DNA of 64,000 nt. Source: Eledone cirrhosa. Its lineage: Eukaryota. The position numbers were made by a program, and so were the translations under genes. This document shows, in pieces, positions 31,169 to 44,847 of the stretch. The notes beneath the pieces were generated by a model. It saw only the letters and a list, made by a program, of their open reading frames with translations. It had not been told where the DNA came from and ran no database searches. The stretch covers positions 78,120,001 through 78,184,000 of the forward strand of contig OZ024746.1 of assembly GCA_964016885.1 (NCBI GenBank), in the 5' to 3' direction. Each line of letters starts with the position of its first letter. Within the stretch, counting starts at the first letter, position 1.

Positions 31169-31973
31169 ATGCTCCATGTTTTTTCTGTTACATTAAATCT
31201 GCAATAATTTTCACTCTTGAACTGTTCTTCAGAATTAATTACTTCATGTTTTAATGCACCAATTCCTCGTTCTCTTTTCTTTATGTTTCTTTGGTTTTTT
31301 TTTGTTGCTTTCTTATCTTTTCTTCTTTTTTCTTACTCTTTTTCTTTCCTTCTTTCATTCAGGTTTTCCTTGTTTTTTTTTCTTTCTTTTTCTTTCTGCC
31401 TCACACTTATTTCTTTCTTGTTTCTTTTTCTCTTTCTTTTCATACTTTACTTACTTCATACTTTCCTTCTTTCTTTATTTCTGCCTCCCACTCCTTCCTT
31501 CTTTCTTTCTTTTTCACCATTCACCTTCCCTTCCACTCCCCCTCTCATCATCATCATCATTATCTCAATTACTGCTTTACAATGCCACACTACTTAAGAG
31601 GACTTCTCTTGTATAAATAAGAACCTCTAGTAGGTAGTTGTAATGTTTTTGATGTTTAATTGCTAAACTATCCCCCATGGATTTCTACTTTCTTTATTAC
31701 CTGATCTTCATATTGCTTATGGAATATTATTTCAGTTTTTTTATTTCTTTAAACAAAAAAAAAAAAAATCAATTCAATATTTATTTATTTATTTATCATC
31801 TTCAAAAGAGAGAAGGCGGAAAAAAAAAGAAGAAAAATCAAAAAGAGATTTACAAATTTTCATTTTTGTTATAGAATTTCATATTTCATAATTTTGTTCA
31901 TATTTTTTGTTGTATTTTTAATGTTACAATAAATGTTTCTTAAAGCAAAGTTCAGTTTGCATGCGAAAAAAAC

Positions 31974-32030
<57 letters not shown>

Positions 32031-33111
32031 GGTGTCCTTCTCTGTTCCCCTTTCTCTCCTCTCTCGGTGTCCTTCTTCTCTGTTCCTCTCTCTCCTCTCT
32101 CGGTGTCCTTCTTCTCTGTTCCTCTCTCTCCCAGTCCCTTTCTTACTCTCTCTTTCTCCCCCTCTCATCTCTCTCTCTCACTGTCTCTCTCTCCTCATCA
32201 ATCTCCTTACCCCCCCCCCCTCTCTCATTCAGTTGTTTTGGATATTTGTTCCAATTCTCAACATTCTGAGTTCAAATCCTGCTGAAGTTCACTTTGCTTT
32301 TTTTGTCATTCTTTTTGAGGGTTGATAGCAAAAGCACCAGTCCAATGCTAGTGAACCTTTATTTCTTCCAGTTGTCACATCCTCGATGTTCCACTGTGTA
32401 GAAAGAGGGAGGACCATGAGAATGTCTGTGTCTGTTTGTGAATGTATCTGCACCAGAACCCTTAACCCTTTACATTACTCTATATATACTATTGTATTTT
32501 TTGGTAAAGGCTTCACCTCACATAATTATCTCACATAATATCATATCTATGAGATTTTGATGTTATTTATTTTGAAAACAATACCTTAACATCCAGTATG
32601 AGTGGCCAGTTATGGCTGGTTTCAACAGAAAGATGTGATAGATTTCTGGCTGGATAGGGCAAGTTTAAATACTAAAGGGTTAACAAAAGCATGGTACATA
32701 CTGCCAAGTTGTACTCAAATGTGAGTGACGGCTGTAGCGAAGGAGATTGTATGAGCCTGCTTGCCATGAGACATATGATATAAAAGGTAACGAGGAAACC
32801 TCTACATGGTGGTTCAACCTGCTAAACATAGCAACCTTGTTTTTCTCAAATCATATCCTACCATCTTATTATGTAAAGAAAGCTATGTTAAACATATAAG
32901 CCCTATGGTCAAGCTTAAATTGTTTCACAATTGAAATGGCTTAAGCTTTACCATACGGTTGATAAAAAATTTATTACTATCTACACTCTACTTTGATTAA
33001 AGTATATTGAACTAAGTCAATGATGGTCTTACTAGTATCAATTACTAACACTATGTAGTCTATCATGTTCCGAGACTAGACCTGTCACATGACTACGTAG
33101 GGCAAGATTTC

Positions 33112-33650
33112 ATCATCCTCACCATTTTACATCCATTCTTCCATTCTTCCATGCTAGCATAGGTTAGATGAGTTGTCCTGTTGTTGGCAATGTTAGTTCA
33201 GGTGACCATGTCTTGCTCAAACAGAACTGATTTGGGGTTGGTTTCTACAGCTGGATGCCCTTCCTAATGCCAACCTCATTTACAGTGCCCTTCCTAATGC
33301 CAACCACTGTACAGTGTGTACTGGGTGCGTTTTTTCATAGCACCATCATGGTCCTTTTATAAGGCAGACTGCGTGCATTTTATCATAGACCACTTTGCAG
33401 AGTGTCCTGGGTGCATTTTATTGTGGCAACAGCACTACTATTCTACAGTGAGTGTGTGTGTGTCTATATATATATATATATCATCATCATCGTTTAACGT
33501 CCATCTTCCACGCTTGCATGGGTTTGGACGGGAGTTTTCCCACTTGAGGCAAGATTGGTTGTCCTGCTCGTATAGGACTGTCTGGCGGGTTTTCTATGGC
33601 TGGATGCCCTTCCTAACACCAACCACGTTTACAGTATGGACTAGGAGGTT
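33112..33650 (-). mobile_element. Two RTE-tailed SINE fragments
   Basis: (CAT)n-TTTAACGTCCATCTTCCA.GC..GCATGGGTT...GCTGGATGCCCTTCCTAA..CCAACC motif. Other copies at about 10232, 13870, 26250, 44648, 48306, 51988, 52110, 55462 and 57375. Confidence 0.8.
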
Positions 33651-34311
33651 TTTGCTGTGTTACCTACACGGCCACACTACAGCGTGGACTGTGTTTTTTT
33701 GTCGCGACACCTACACGACCTCATTTGTTTCGGACTGGATGTTGTGGTACCAACATAACTTCACATTTAGGGGTGGGGGTGGGGGTGGGTAGTGGGGGGG
33801 GGGGGGGGGATATATATATATATATATATATTAAATGCGCTAACAGCCAAAGTGTACAATAAAAATTATATCTTTATACATACGGAATGGGTAGCCAAGA
33901 CGGCGCCAATGTGTACATAAATATACACATCTTCAATATGTAGGCATGTAAACATGACAGGAAAAAAATGTGTGTGCATGTGCCTGTGCATATATATATA
34001 TAATAGAAAAAACGAGTAAGTTTCGTTTACATATGAAAAATATTTATTGTGTATCGACTACCCACACTATATATATATATATATATATATATAAACTCAT
34101 TTTATCTATTGAAGAATTGAAGGTTGTAGTCAACTGGAGTAAGTACATAGAACCCAATATTCACTTAAAGAATATAAACCAACACTGTGTTTATTGTTCA
34201 TTGAATATATTCATGAGAAGGGGCTGGGGAGGGTGAACAATAGGTATGTTTCTATTACATAATCTAATATGTGTGAGGCATGACTGAAATGTGGGCTTAC
34301 AACAATTTCCC

Positions 34312-34402
<91 letters not shown>

Positions 34403-34506
34403 TATACATACTTACATATATATACACATATATACATACATATATATATATATACACATATATACATACATACATATATATATACTCACACACACACACA
34501 TACATG

Positions 34507-34544
<38 letters not shown>

Positions 34545-34911
34545 TGTATGTAAACATTTGTCAACTATTTCAAGTGTGTACACAATGTGATTAAAGAATG
34601 GACATTGTAATATATCCAACCTTATGCTTTGATAGAAGGACTTCTATTTTATTGTTTGTTTGTTTTATATTCCAACTTCAACATTAATATATAAAGGAGA
34701 ACCATGATAATTTCATTTCAAGCTGGGGGGGGGGGGGGGGGGGGAATGACGCCGATATCATCGTTATGTAGTATTCTAAATTTGATAAAAATAAATTTAA
34801 TAAATAAAAAAAAAATGGTAAAATTATTTACTTGCTCCCTTGTTATTTGTTTGTTCCACAATGGAAGTGTTGATGTATTGGAGACCGAATAGTATTAGGG
34901 AAGTGTAAAGG

Positions 34912-34966
<55 letters not shown>

Positions 34967-35453
34967 TGGAGTATTCTTTACTGTCATCATCATCATCATC
35001 ATCATCATCATCAGCAACAGCATCATCATCACCATCACCACCATCATCATCAACATCACCGTTCACCATCATCACCATCATCATCATCAACATCACTGCC
35101 ATCGTCATCACCACCATCACCACCACCACCACCACCACCGCCACCATCGCCATCATCACCACCACCACCATCATCGTCATCATCACCACCACCACCACCA
35201 TCACCACCACCACCACCATCATCATCATCTGCTGTGGCCTGGTTGGTGCACACACAGAAATTTTGGCTCGAAAGAACAAACAAGTTAAATCATCACCATC
35301 ACCATCACGATCACCATCACCATCATCATCATCATCATCATCACTGTCATCATATGCTTCTTTCTTATGTTGGCATGGGTTGAACAGGTTAAGGTTTGAG
35401 TCAGCTGGTGTTTGGAGTTAGATGGAAGAACCAGATTGATTGAGAGTGATGGT

Positions 35454-35566
<113 letters not shown>

Positions 35567-35569
35567 TAT

Positions 35570-35790
35570 GTAGTTGACGACTGAGAGAAAAGAGTACTCA
35601 ATACCGAAGTAGAGTTTAAACATTCATTTTTATTAAAGGTAAATAATCAGTCTTGTTACTCTGGAGTTTCACCTGCTTATCGTGGGGTGGGGGTGGGTGG
35701 GGGAGGATGTCTGTCTTGTCTGATGACCCTGTGATAAACAGGCGAAACTCCAGAGTAACAAGACTCACTATTTAGCCTTAATAAAATGAA
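35570..35790. mobile_element. Penelope-like terminal fragment with imperfect inverted arms
   Basis: Arms at 35623-35681 and 35733-35790, GTACTCAATAC at 35594, and AATAAA after the ribozyme motif. Flanked by TA/CA repeats. Confidence 0.65.
35713..35764 (+). ncRNA. Minimal type I hammerhead ribozyme
   Basis: GTCTTGT (stem I) - CTGATGA - C - CCTGT-GATAA-ACAGG (stem II) - C - GAAA - CTC-CA-GAG (stem III) - TA^ - ACAAGAC (stem I'). Stem I is 7 perfect bp; the 10.1:11.1 pair is C:C instead of G:C. Confidence 0.75.
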
Positions 35791-35884
35791 CACACTCATA
35801 CACAAACACACACGTGTGCGTTTCCCTCTCTCCACTTGTCTTCCTTTTGCTCAACATGTTGGGTTAAAATCATTTGCTCTAAAT

Positions 35885-35915
<31 letters not shown>

Positions 35916-36149
35916 CGAGAGAGTGTGTGTGTGTATACAAGAGCCAAGATAAGACAAACATTTGGGACCACAATACTATAATACTATAGTTATGTTACGC
36001 ATGCCACCACCACCAGCACCAGATTACCTCCCCTTCTTCTCAATATCTAATATGAAATATTGCTAACATTGATCGTTTTCTAGCTTATTTGTTTGCCTTG
36101 AACAAGTTCACACACTGTTGACATAACACGAGGAACGGGTTTGGTGCTT

Positions 36150-37029
36150 GTGTTTGTCTTGTGTATGTGTACATGTGTGAGTGTGTGTCTGTGTGTGTAA
36201 AGTTTGGTTGTCTTGTATGTGTGTATGTGTACATGTCTTGTGTATGTGTACATGTGTGAGTGTGTGTCTGTGTGTGTAAAGTTTGGTTGTCTTGTGTATG
36301 TGTACATGTGTGAGTGTGTGTGTGTGTGTGTAAAGTTTAGTTGTCTTGTGTGTGTGTATGTGTACATGTGTGTGTGTAAAGTTTAGTTGCATTGTGTTAG
36401 TTGCCTTCTGTGTGTGTGTAAAGTTTGATTGTTGTCTGTGCGAATGTGTTAGTCTTCTGTATATGTATGTGTACATTGTTTGCATGTGTGTGCGTGTGTG
36501 TAAAGGTTGGTTGTCTTGTATGTATGTGTGTGTATGTGTAAAGTTTGGTTGTCTTCTGTGCGAATATGTTTGTCTTGTGTATATGTATGCGTACATGTGT
36601 GTGTGTGTGTGTAGAGAGAGAGAGTTTGGTTGTCTTCTGTGTAAGTGTGTGTGTGTGTGTGTGTGTAAAGTTTGGTTGTCTTCTGTGCGAATGTGTTTGT
36701 CTTATGGGTGTCTATGTCTGTTGATTGCTTTGTGTGTGTGTGATGTTTGTGTGTGTGTGTGTGGTATTGGTTTTGTATGTGGTGCTGGGTCCCTGTGATT
36801 GCTGTGTGCATGTATGGTTATTGTCATGTGCACACATGTGGGATTGTCGCATGGTGTGTGGACACATGTGATTGTGTGGTGTTTGTCGTGTGGTGTGTGG
36901 ACACGTGTGATTGTGTGGTGTTTGTCATGTGGTGTGTGGACACGTGTGATTGTGTGGTGTTTGTCATGTGGTGTGTGGACACGTGTGATTGTGTGGTGTT
37001 TGTCATGTGGTGTGTGGACACGTGATTGT

Positions 37030-37081
<52 letters not shown>

Positions 37082-37408
37082 CTGGTGATTTTGTATGTGT
37101 GTGTAGTAGTAGTATCTGTTTTGTATGTGTCTATTGTGTTTGTTCGTTATGATTGCCATGTGTGTGTGTGTGCGTGCGTGTATATATGGTGCTTTCTTTG
37201 TGTGTATACGTGTGTGGTGATTGTTGTGTATGAGTATGATGTTTGATTTTTGTGTGTATGTGTGATGCTTGTTTTGTATGTGTATGTGTGCGATGCTTGT
37301 GTTGTGTGTATGTGTGTTTGTGTGTGATATTTGGTTCTTAAAGCTTTCTTATGCATATTTGGGCAGTGTTTGTCTTGTGTGTGTATGTGTATCTGTGTAT
37401 GTGTGGTA

Positions 37409-37442
<34 letters not shown>

Positions 37443-37897
37443 TGTGTATTCGCTTCTAATGTTTGCCTCTGTATATTTGTTTTTGTGGTCTTTGGTCTTT
37501 GTGTGCATGTGTGTGTGTTAGCTATTTGTCTGTGTGTATGTGTGTGTGGTGCTTGTCTTGTCTGCGTGTGAGTGTGTGTGGTGTACAGTCCCAATGTTTG
37601 CCTTGTGTATGCATGTGTGATGTATGTGGTCTTTATTCCTTGTGTGTGTATATATGTGATTCTATTTGTATATATGTATGTACATGTGTGTCTTCATGTG
37701 TCTGTATTTCTGTGTCATGTTTGTCTTGTGTTTGTGTGTATGTCTGTCTGTGTGTGTGTGTGTGTGTGTCTGTCTGCGTGTGTGTATGTGTCTAGTTGTG
37801 TGTGTGTGTGTGTGTATGTGTCTAGTTGTGTGTGTGTATGTCTGTCTACGTGTGTGTGTATGTGTCTGGTTGTGTGCCTGTGTGTGTATGTGTCTAG

Positions 37898-37946
<49 letters not shown>

Positions 37947-38765
37947 TGTGTATGTCTGTCTACGTGTGTGTGTATGTGTCTAGTTGTGTGCCTGTGTGTG
38001 TATGATGTTCAGCCCTAATGTTTGCTCTGTCTATGTACACGTATGGAGTCTTTGGCCCTTGTGTACTTAAGTGTATGTGTGTGTTTGAGTGTGTTTGTCT
38101 GTGTGTGACCGTGTGACCGTGTGTCTGTGTTTACACATGTGTCTGTGCATGAGCATATGTGTGAATATGTCTGTCTGTGTGTTACCATGTGTGGATGTGT
38201 GTCTGTGTGTGACCATATATGGATGTGTGAACATGTGTATCTGTGTGTGAGCGTATGTGACCATGTGTCTGTGTAAGCATATATGTGACCATGTCTCTAT
38301 ATGTGACTATGTGTCTATGTGTAAGCATATATGTGACCATGTCTCTATATGTGACTGTGTCTATGTGTAAGCATATATGTGACCATGTCTCTATATGTGA
38401 CTATGTGTCTATGTGTAAGCATATATGTGACCATGTCTCTATATGTGACTATGTGTCTATGTGTAAGCATATGTGACCATGTCTCTATATGTGACTATGT
38501 GTCTATGTGTGAGCCTATATGTGACCATGTGTGAGCCTATATGTGACCATGTGTCTATGTGTAAGCATATATGTGACCATGTCTCTATATGTGACCATGT
38601 GTCTATGTGTGAGCCTATATGTGATCATGTGTGAGCCTATATGTGACTATGTGTCTATGTGTAAGCATATAGGTGACCATGTGTCTATGTGTGAGCCTAT
38701 ATGTGACCATGTGTGAGCCTATATGTGACCATGTGTGAGCCTATATGTGACCATGTATCTATGTT
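36150..38765. repeat. (TG)-rich degenerate repeat field with embedded 39-bp (36845-37025) and 48-bp (38250-38760) minisatellites
   Basis: Units TGGTGTGTGGACACGTGTGATTGTGTGGTGTTTGTCATG and GACCATGTCTCTATATGTGACTATGTGTCTATGTGTAAGCATATATGT. Confidence 0.9.
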
Positions 38766-38973
38766 TGTCAGAGCAATGGCTGATGTTTGTTGTTGGCGGT
38801 TTATCAAATACTTTACTGATTGACTTTTTGAATAATGAAATAATATTGTTTAATGATTGCAGTCTGTTTCAGCTCAACATACTACGACTGGGTGAGGTGA
38901 TATATATATATGTGTGTGTGTGTGTATGTATGCATATGTATATATAAGTGTGTGTACGTATGTATATATGTGT

Positions 38974-39040
<67 letters not shown>

Positions 39041-39588
39041 TATGTGTGTGTATATTTGTATGCATATGTATATATAGGTGTGTGTATGTATGTATATATG
39101 TGTGTGTGTTTATATATATATGTACATATATATACATATATATGTGTGTGTATATATGTAAATATAGGTGTGTGTACGTATGTATATATGTGTGTTTATA
39201 TATATATATATATACATATGTGTGTGTATATTTGTATGCATATGTATATATAGGTGTGTGTACGTATGTATATATGTGTTTATATATATATATATACATA
39301 TATATGTGTGTGTATATTTGTATGCATATGTATATAAAGGTGTGTGTATGTATGTATATATGTGTATGTGTGTTTATATATATATATACATATATATGTG
39401 TGTCTATATTTGTATGCATATGTATATATAGGTGTGTGTATGTATGTATATATGTGTGTGTGTTTATATATATATGTGTACATATATATACATATATATG
39501 TGTGTGTATATATGTATGCATATGTATATATAGATGTGTGTATGTATGTGTATATATATATACATATATATATATGTGTGTGCATATA

Positions 39589-39619
<31 letters not shown>

Positions 39620-39701
39620 AAATATGTATATATGTGTTCGTGTATATATTTATGTATATGTATGTTTTTATATATATGTATGTGTATGTATATATATGCG
39701 T

Positions 39702-39743
<42 letters not shown>

Positions 39744-40039
39744 AAAAAAATGTTTACCTTTTTTTTATATATTTTTTCTACTTTAGTAAGTTTTTCCTCT
39801 ACTAGATGTAATAGCTCACCCCCCTCTTTCCCTTCCTCACATCATTGCCAACCATTTTCTCTTCTTCTTTGCAGTATGCTTTGCCTTCTTTCTTTCTTTT
39901 TTCTATCTTTCTTTCTTTTTCATTCTTTCTTTCTTTCTGGCTTCTTCTTGATATTCTCTCATTCTTTGTTCTTTCTCTTGCTCTTTCTCATCTACCATTT
40001 TTTTTTCTTTTGTGCTTTGATATTTGGCTGTCCTTTTCT

Positions 40040-40500
40040 TTTTCCTTCACTCCTTTACTTTCTCTTTCCTTCTCTCCTTCTTTCATTCACTCCTTCACTC
40101 TCCCTTTCCTTCTCTTCTTCACTCTTTCTTTCCTTCTCTCTCTCTTTCTTTCCTTCTCTCTCTCTTTCTTTCTTTTCTTCACTCTTCCTTTCTCTCCCTC
40201 TTTCCTTTATTCCTTCACTCTCACTTTCCTTCTCTTCACTCTCTCGCTTTCCTTCTCTTCACTCTCTCTCTTTCCTTCTCTTCACTCTCTCTCTTTCCTT
40301 CTCTTCACTCTCTCTTTCCTTCTCTTCACTCTCTTTCTTTCCTTCTCTTCACTCTCTCTTTCCTTCTCTTCACTCTCTTTCTTTCCTTCTCTCCACTCTC
40401 TTTCTTTCCTTCTCTCCACTCTCTTTCTTTTCTTCTCTTCACTCTCTCGCTTTCCTTCTCTCCTTCACTTTCTTTCTCTCTTTCCTTGTTTCCTTCTCTC
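40040..40500. repeat. Polypyrimidine minisatellite (about 21-26 bp unit)
   Basis: CACTCTCTCTTTCCTTCTCTT recurs many times. Confidence 0.9.
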
Positions 40501-41446
40501 CACCAGCACCCTCCCCCATTTTATTAATAGTTTCTGGCAGTTATTTGTTCTTCTCCATCTCCCACCTTCCCCACCCCCTTCCTCCTGTCTCCATTCCAAC
40601 ATCCATGATATCTATGTGTGTGCATGTGTGTGTTTTCTTCCCTATTTTCATTCCTCCATTCCATTCCCTCTCTCCCCCCTCTCTCTCTCTGCACACACAC
40701 ACACACTCTTTCTCTCTCTTCCACTTTGTCAATGTTTACTGTAAACACTTCATTGTTTACCTAAAAACGGTACAAAAAAGCTGGCACCGCACCATCGCAT
40801 TGCCACAACACCACTACCACACCACCAGCGGTACGCCGCTGCCACACCACCACCACCACCACAACACCACCACCACCAACACTACACCACCACCACCACA
40901 CCACTGCAACAACACCACCACATCACCACCACTGCACTGCCACTACAACACCACCACCACACCACACCACCACCACCACCACACCACAACACACTACCAC
41001 CAACACCATACCACACAACACCTTCACCCCCCCCCCCCCCCCCCCCACACACACACACATCACCATACCCCCACCAGCACCACCACTACAGTCACTGGTG
41101 TTTCTCATCTCATTTAATTATCTCCACTGCTCTTGTTTGGTGTCTTTGATAAATAGCTATTGAGCTCAGCTGACTCTTTTATTATTATGTTCTAGTAGTA
41201 ATAATAGACCAATATTTGTTGAATGGCTTAGAAAAACCAACTGCAGGGGAACAAGACACCCTTGTTACATCATCAAAACATTTTTATGCTGGGGACTGTT
41301 TACAGATATTTATGTTGGTTTAGTGTTTGTTTCGCTGTTGAAAGGTTGTTTGGCTTTTCGGTTTGTTTGCCTTTTTTTTTTTTCATTTTTTTTCTCTCTC
41401 TTTATTTTACTCTTTTGGATTATATTGTTATTATTACAATTAATTA

Positions 41447-41871
41447 GGGCGGTGAATTTGGCAGTATTTGGAGAGTGTCAGACAAAATGCTTTGCACTAT
41501 TTAATTATGACTTTCTGTACATGCCGAGTTCAGATCCCATCGAGGTTAACTTGGCCTTTCATTCTTACGGGGTCAATAAAATAAAGTACCAGTAATACAC
41601 TGGGATAATTGCTGGCATTGTGCCAAAAGGAGAAACAATTATTACAATTAATTAGTGCGGTGAATTTGGCAGCATTTGGAGAGTGTCAGACAAAATGCTT
41701 TGTACTATTTAGTTATAACTTTCTATACATCCTGAGTTCAGATCCCATTGAGGTTAACTTGGTTTTTCATCCTTAACATTACCGAGTCAATAAAATAAAA
41801 TACCAGTAATGCACTGAGGTCGATTTAATCGACTTCGCCCCCCCCCCCCCCCCAAAAAAAAAATCAGAAAC

Positions 41872-41910
<39 letters not shown>

Positions 41911-42552
41911 GGGCAGTGGATTAGCAGTATCGGTAGAGAGTCAGACGCCATGATTTGCAGCATAGAGTTACGGCTCTTTATGATCTGAGCTAAAATCCCG
42001 CTGAGGTTAACTTTGCCTTTCATCCTTACGGGGTCGATTAAATAAAGTACCAGACACGCACTGGGGTCGATTTAATCGACTTTCCCCTCCCCCCAAATTG
42101 CTGGCCCTGTGCCTATATAAAGAAACCATTATTAAGGGCAGTGGATTGGCAGTATCAGTAGAGGGTCGGACGCCATGCTTTGCAGTATAGAGTTACGGTC
42201 TGAGTTAAAATCTCGCTGAGGTTAACTTTGCTTTTCATCCTTACGGGGTCGATAAAATAAAGTACCAGTGATGCACTGGGTAATTGCTGGCCTTGTGCCT
42301 AAAGTAGAAACAATTATTATTATAAAAATGGTGGTTTGACAGTATAGGTAGAGCGTCAGACACCATGCTGTGCAGCATAGAGTTACCGCCCTTTGCGTTC
42401 TGAGTTCAAATCCCACCGAGCTTAACTTTGCCTTTCATCCTTACAGGGGTCAATAAAATAAAGTACCAGTAACAACACACTGAGGTCGATTTAATCAAAT
42501 TTCCCCCTCTCCCAAAATTGCTGGCCTTGTGCCTATATAAGAAACTATTATT
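41447..42552 (+). mobile_element. Five head-to-tail tRNA-derived SINE copies
   Basis: Each copy has GGCGGTG.ATTGGCAG...GAGTTCA.ATCCC...CTTTCATCCTTACGGGGTC.ATAAAATAAAGTACCAG...(TTA)n. Starts at about 41447, 41653, 41910, 42135 and 42328. Confidence 0.9.
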
Positions 42553-42797
42553 ATTGTACTTGTTCTCAAGAGCCATACAACCCATACAACCCATGCAAGT
42601 GTGAAACAATGGATGTAAAATGATGTTGATTTATGTTTGCTATCATTTTTCTATGTTTTAGTTTGTTTTTATGATTTATTTGTTTGTGTTTGTGATTTAT
42701 TTTTTTCTTATTTTTAATCTTTTTCCAAATTCAAATAAGAATCTTATAGAACTGAGATCCAACTTGTATTCTGATGTATAGCTCATAGCTTATACAT

Positions 42798-42832
<35 letters not shown>

Positions 42833-42860
42833 ATATATATGCACATATATATACACATAT

Positions 42861-42904
<44 letters not shown>

Positions 42905-43071
42905 GTATGCATATATACACATATATACATAAACATCTAACTATACATACACATATATATATATATACACACACACAAATATATATATATATATTATATA
43001 TATATATAGCTTTCCTGCCTGTGGTTCTTAAAAGACAGTTGTCACTGCCAAGGGGGGAAACTCCAGTAAAA

Positions 43072-43856
43072 TTTAAACCTTTTAATAACAATAAACTGCC
43101 TGAAACCACCCTTGATTCAACAATAGAAAACTATTTGTTTTAAAATGTTTGTATTTATCTAATAAACATGTTCCATTAAAATTGTATGTAAGAACTGTTT
43201 TTAAGTTATTTTCTAAACACTAGATAAATAATGACAAAGTTAGTTATATTTCTAAATCCTTCCAAATTCTTTATTATTTTTCAAAATTATTTCAGAATAG
43301 TAGAGTATTTTGATAGAACTATAATTTCAAAAGAATTAATCCATTTGATATCAAACCATTTGAAAGTACTCTGGATTTATGATACAGAATTCCTACTTTT
43401 AACCCTTTAGCATTTACATTATTCTATATTTGCAAATGTATTTTTGTAGTAAAGGCTTTATCTTATTTAATTCATCATCATCATTTTCAGCATCATCATT
43501 TTAATTATCTCACATAATATCGAATCTATGAGATTTTGGTATTATTTATTTTGAGAACAATGCCTTAACATCAGTATGAGTCGCCAGTTACAGCTGGTTT
43601 GAAAAGAACGAGATGAGAGAATTCTGGCTGGAAATGGCCAGTTTAAATGCTAAAGGGTTAAAGTGTTTATCTTTATATTAAAACCGGCCATCATTTTTAT
43701 ATTCTAGACATTTTTCTTAAGTAATATTCTAAATACCAGTTTATTAATGAAAATCTTTGTTATTTTATTAAATTCCTCCAAATATTTGGTTAGTTTCAAA
43801 ATTAATTGAAACATGTCTTTGTATTTCACTAGAAACATGAAAATCAAAGGGTTAAA
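43072..43856. mobile_element. Two adjacent copies of a second TTAA MITE family (B), with a family A MITE (43403-43657) nested at an internal TTAA
   Basis: Segments 43072-43339 and 43336-43856 share internal sequence and end in AAAAGAATTAA and AAAGGGTTAA. The nested copy is bounded by ttaaCCCTTTAGC and GCTAAAGGGttaa. Confidence 0.65.
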
Positions 43857-44102
43857 CAAATGATTGTCTAACATCATGTGACAACAACACATAAGTGGTG
43901 TTGTAGATATCACAGTTGATCTTTCAAAGTGCTTGACTTTTTCCTGTTTCACTTCTCAAGGCAGTTCCATGCTGCAGATTTTTGTCATCTTGAAGTTTGA
44001 TGCAGGTCTATAGCATCATTTGTCTTCTTAAACTTGTGTGAAGTAGACAGTAGAAAGAAAGCAAGACGGAGGCGCTGTAACAAGCATTGTTTATGACTGA
44101 CA

Positions 44103-44116
44103 GTTGTCATGGTTAC
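44103..44116. promoter_or_regulatory. Candidate RFX X-box
   Basis: GTTGTC-AT-GGTTAC imperfect palindrome in unique sequence. Motif match only. Confidence 0.25.
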
Positions 44117-44847
44117 TTAGATATTACCTGAATATTTAACAAATTGTTTTGCAGCTTAAATGATTCATATATATTGTGTGTATGTATGTATAAATGTGTG
44201 TGTATATATATATAATGAGTTTGTATGTCTATATAAGTATGTATTTCTTATATACTTCTTTGATGAAGGGTTTAACCCAAAACATCAAATCCTTTTCTTT
44301 TCTTTCTATTCACTATAATTGCTTTCATTCTACACATTTTTCTACATATTTTATTTATATCAATCATCATTTACTTTGTCTAATTCCACACCTCATGTAG
44401 TTGTTTGGTCCCTCTTTCATTCTTCTTTTCTTCTGTACTACTTGTGTAGTTTATATATATGTATTGTGATGTCATTTTTTACATGTTTTTATCTTGATAC
44501 TTGTAACAACATTTGTATTCCTGAAGATATGTAGACCAGCAGAGTAATGCCCAGTATATATTGAGGTATGGCCGGCTGTAGAGTAAAATTGTTATAAGTC
44601 TAAATTGGTTATTCACTCTTAATTTATTAAATATTATGTATATATATACTGTAAATGTGGTTGATGTTAGGAAGGGCATCCAGCCGTAGAAAACTTGCCA
44701 GATACAGTTCTATATGAGTGAGACACAGTCCAATCTTGCCTCAAGTGGGACAATCCCGTCTAACCCATGCGAGTGTGGAAGATGGATGTTAAACGATGAT
44801 GAGGATGATGATGATGATGTATGTATGTATGTATAATATGTATTGTT

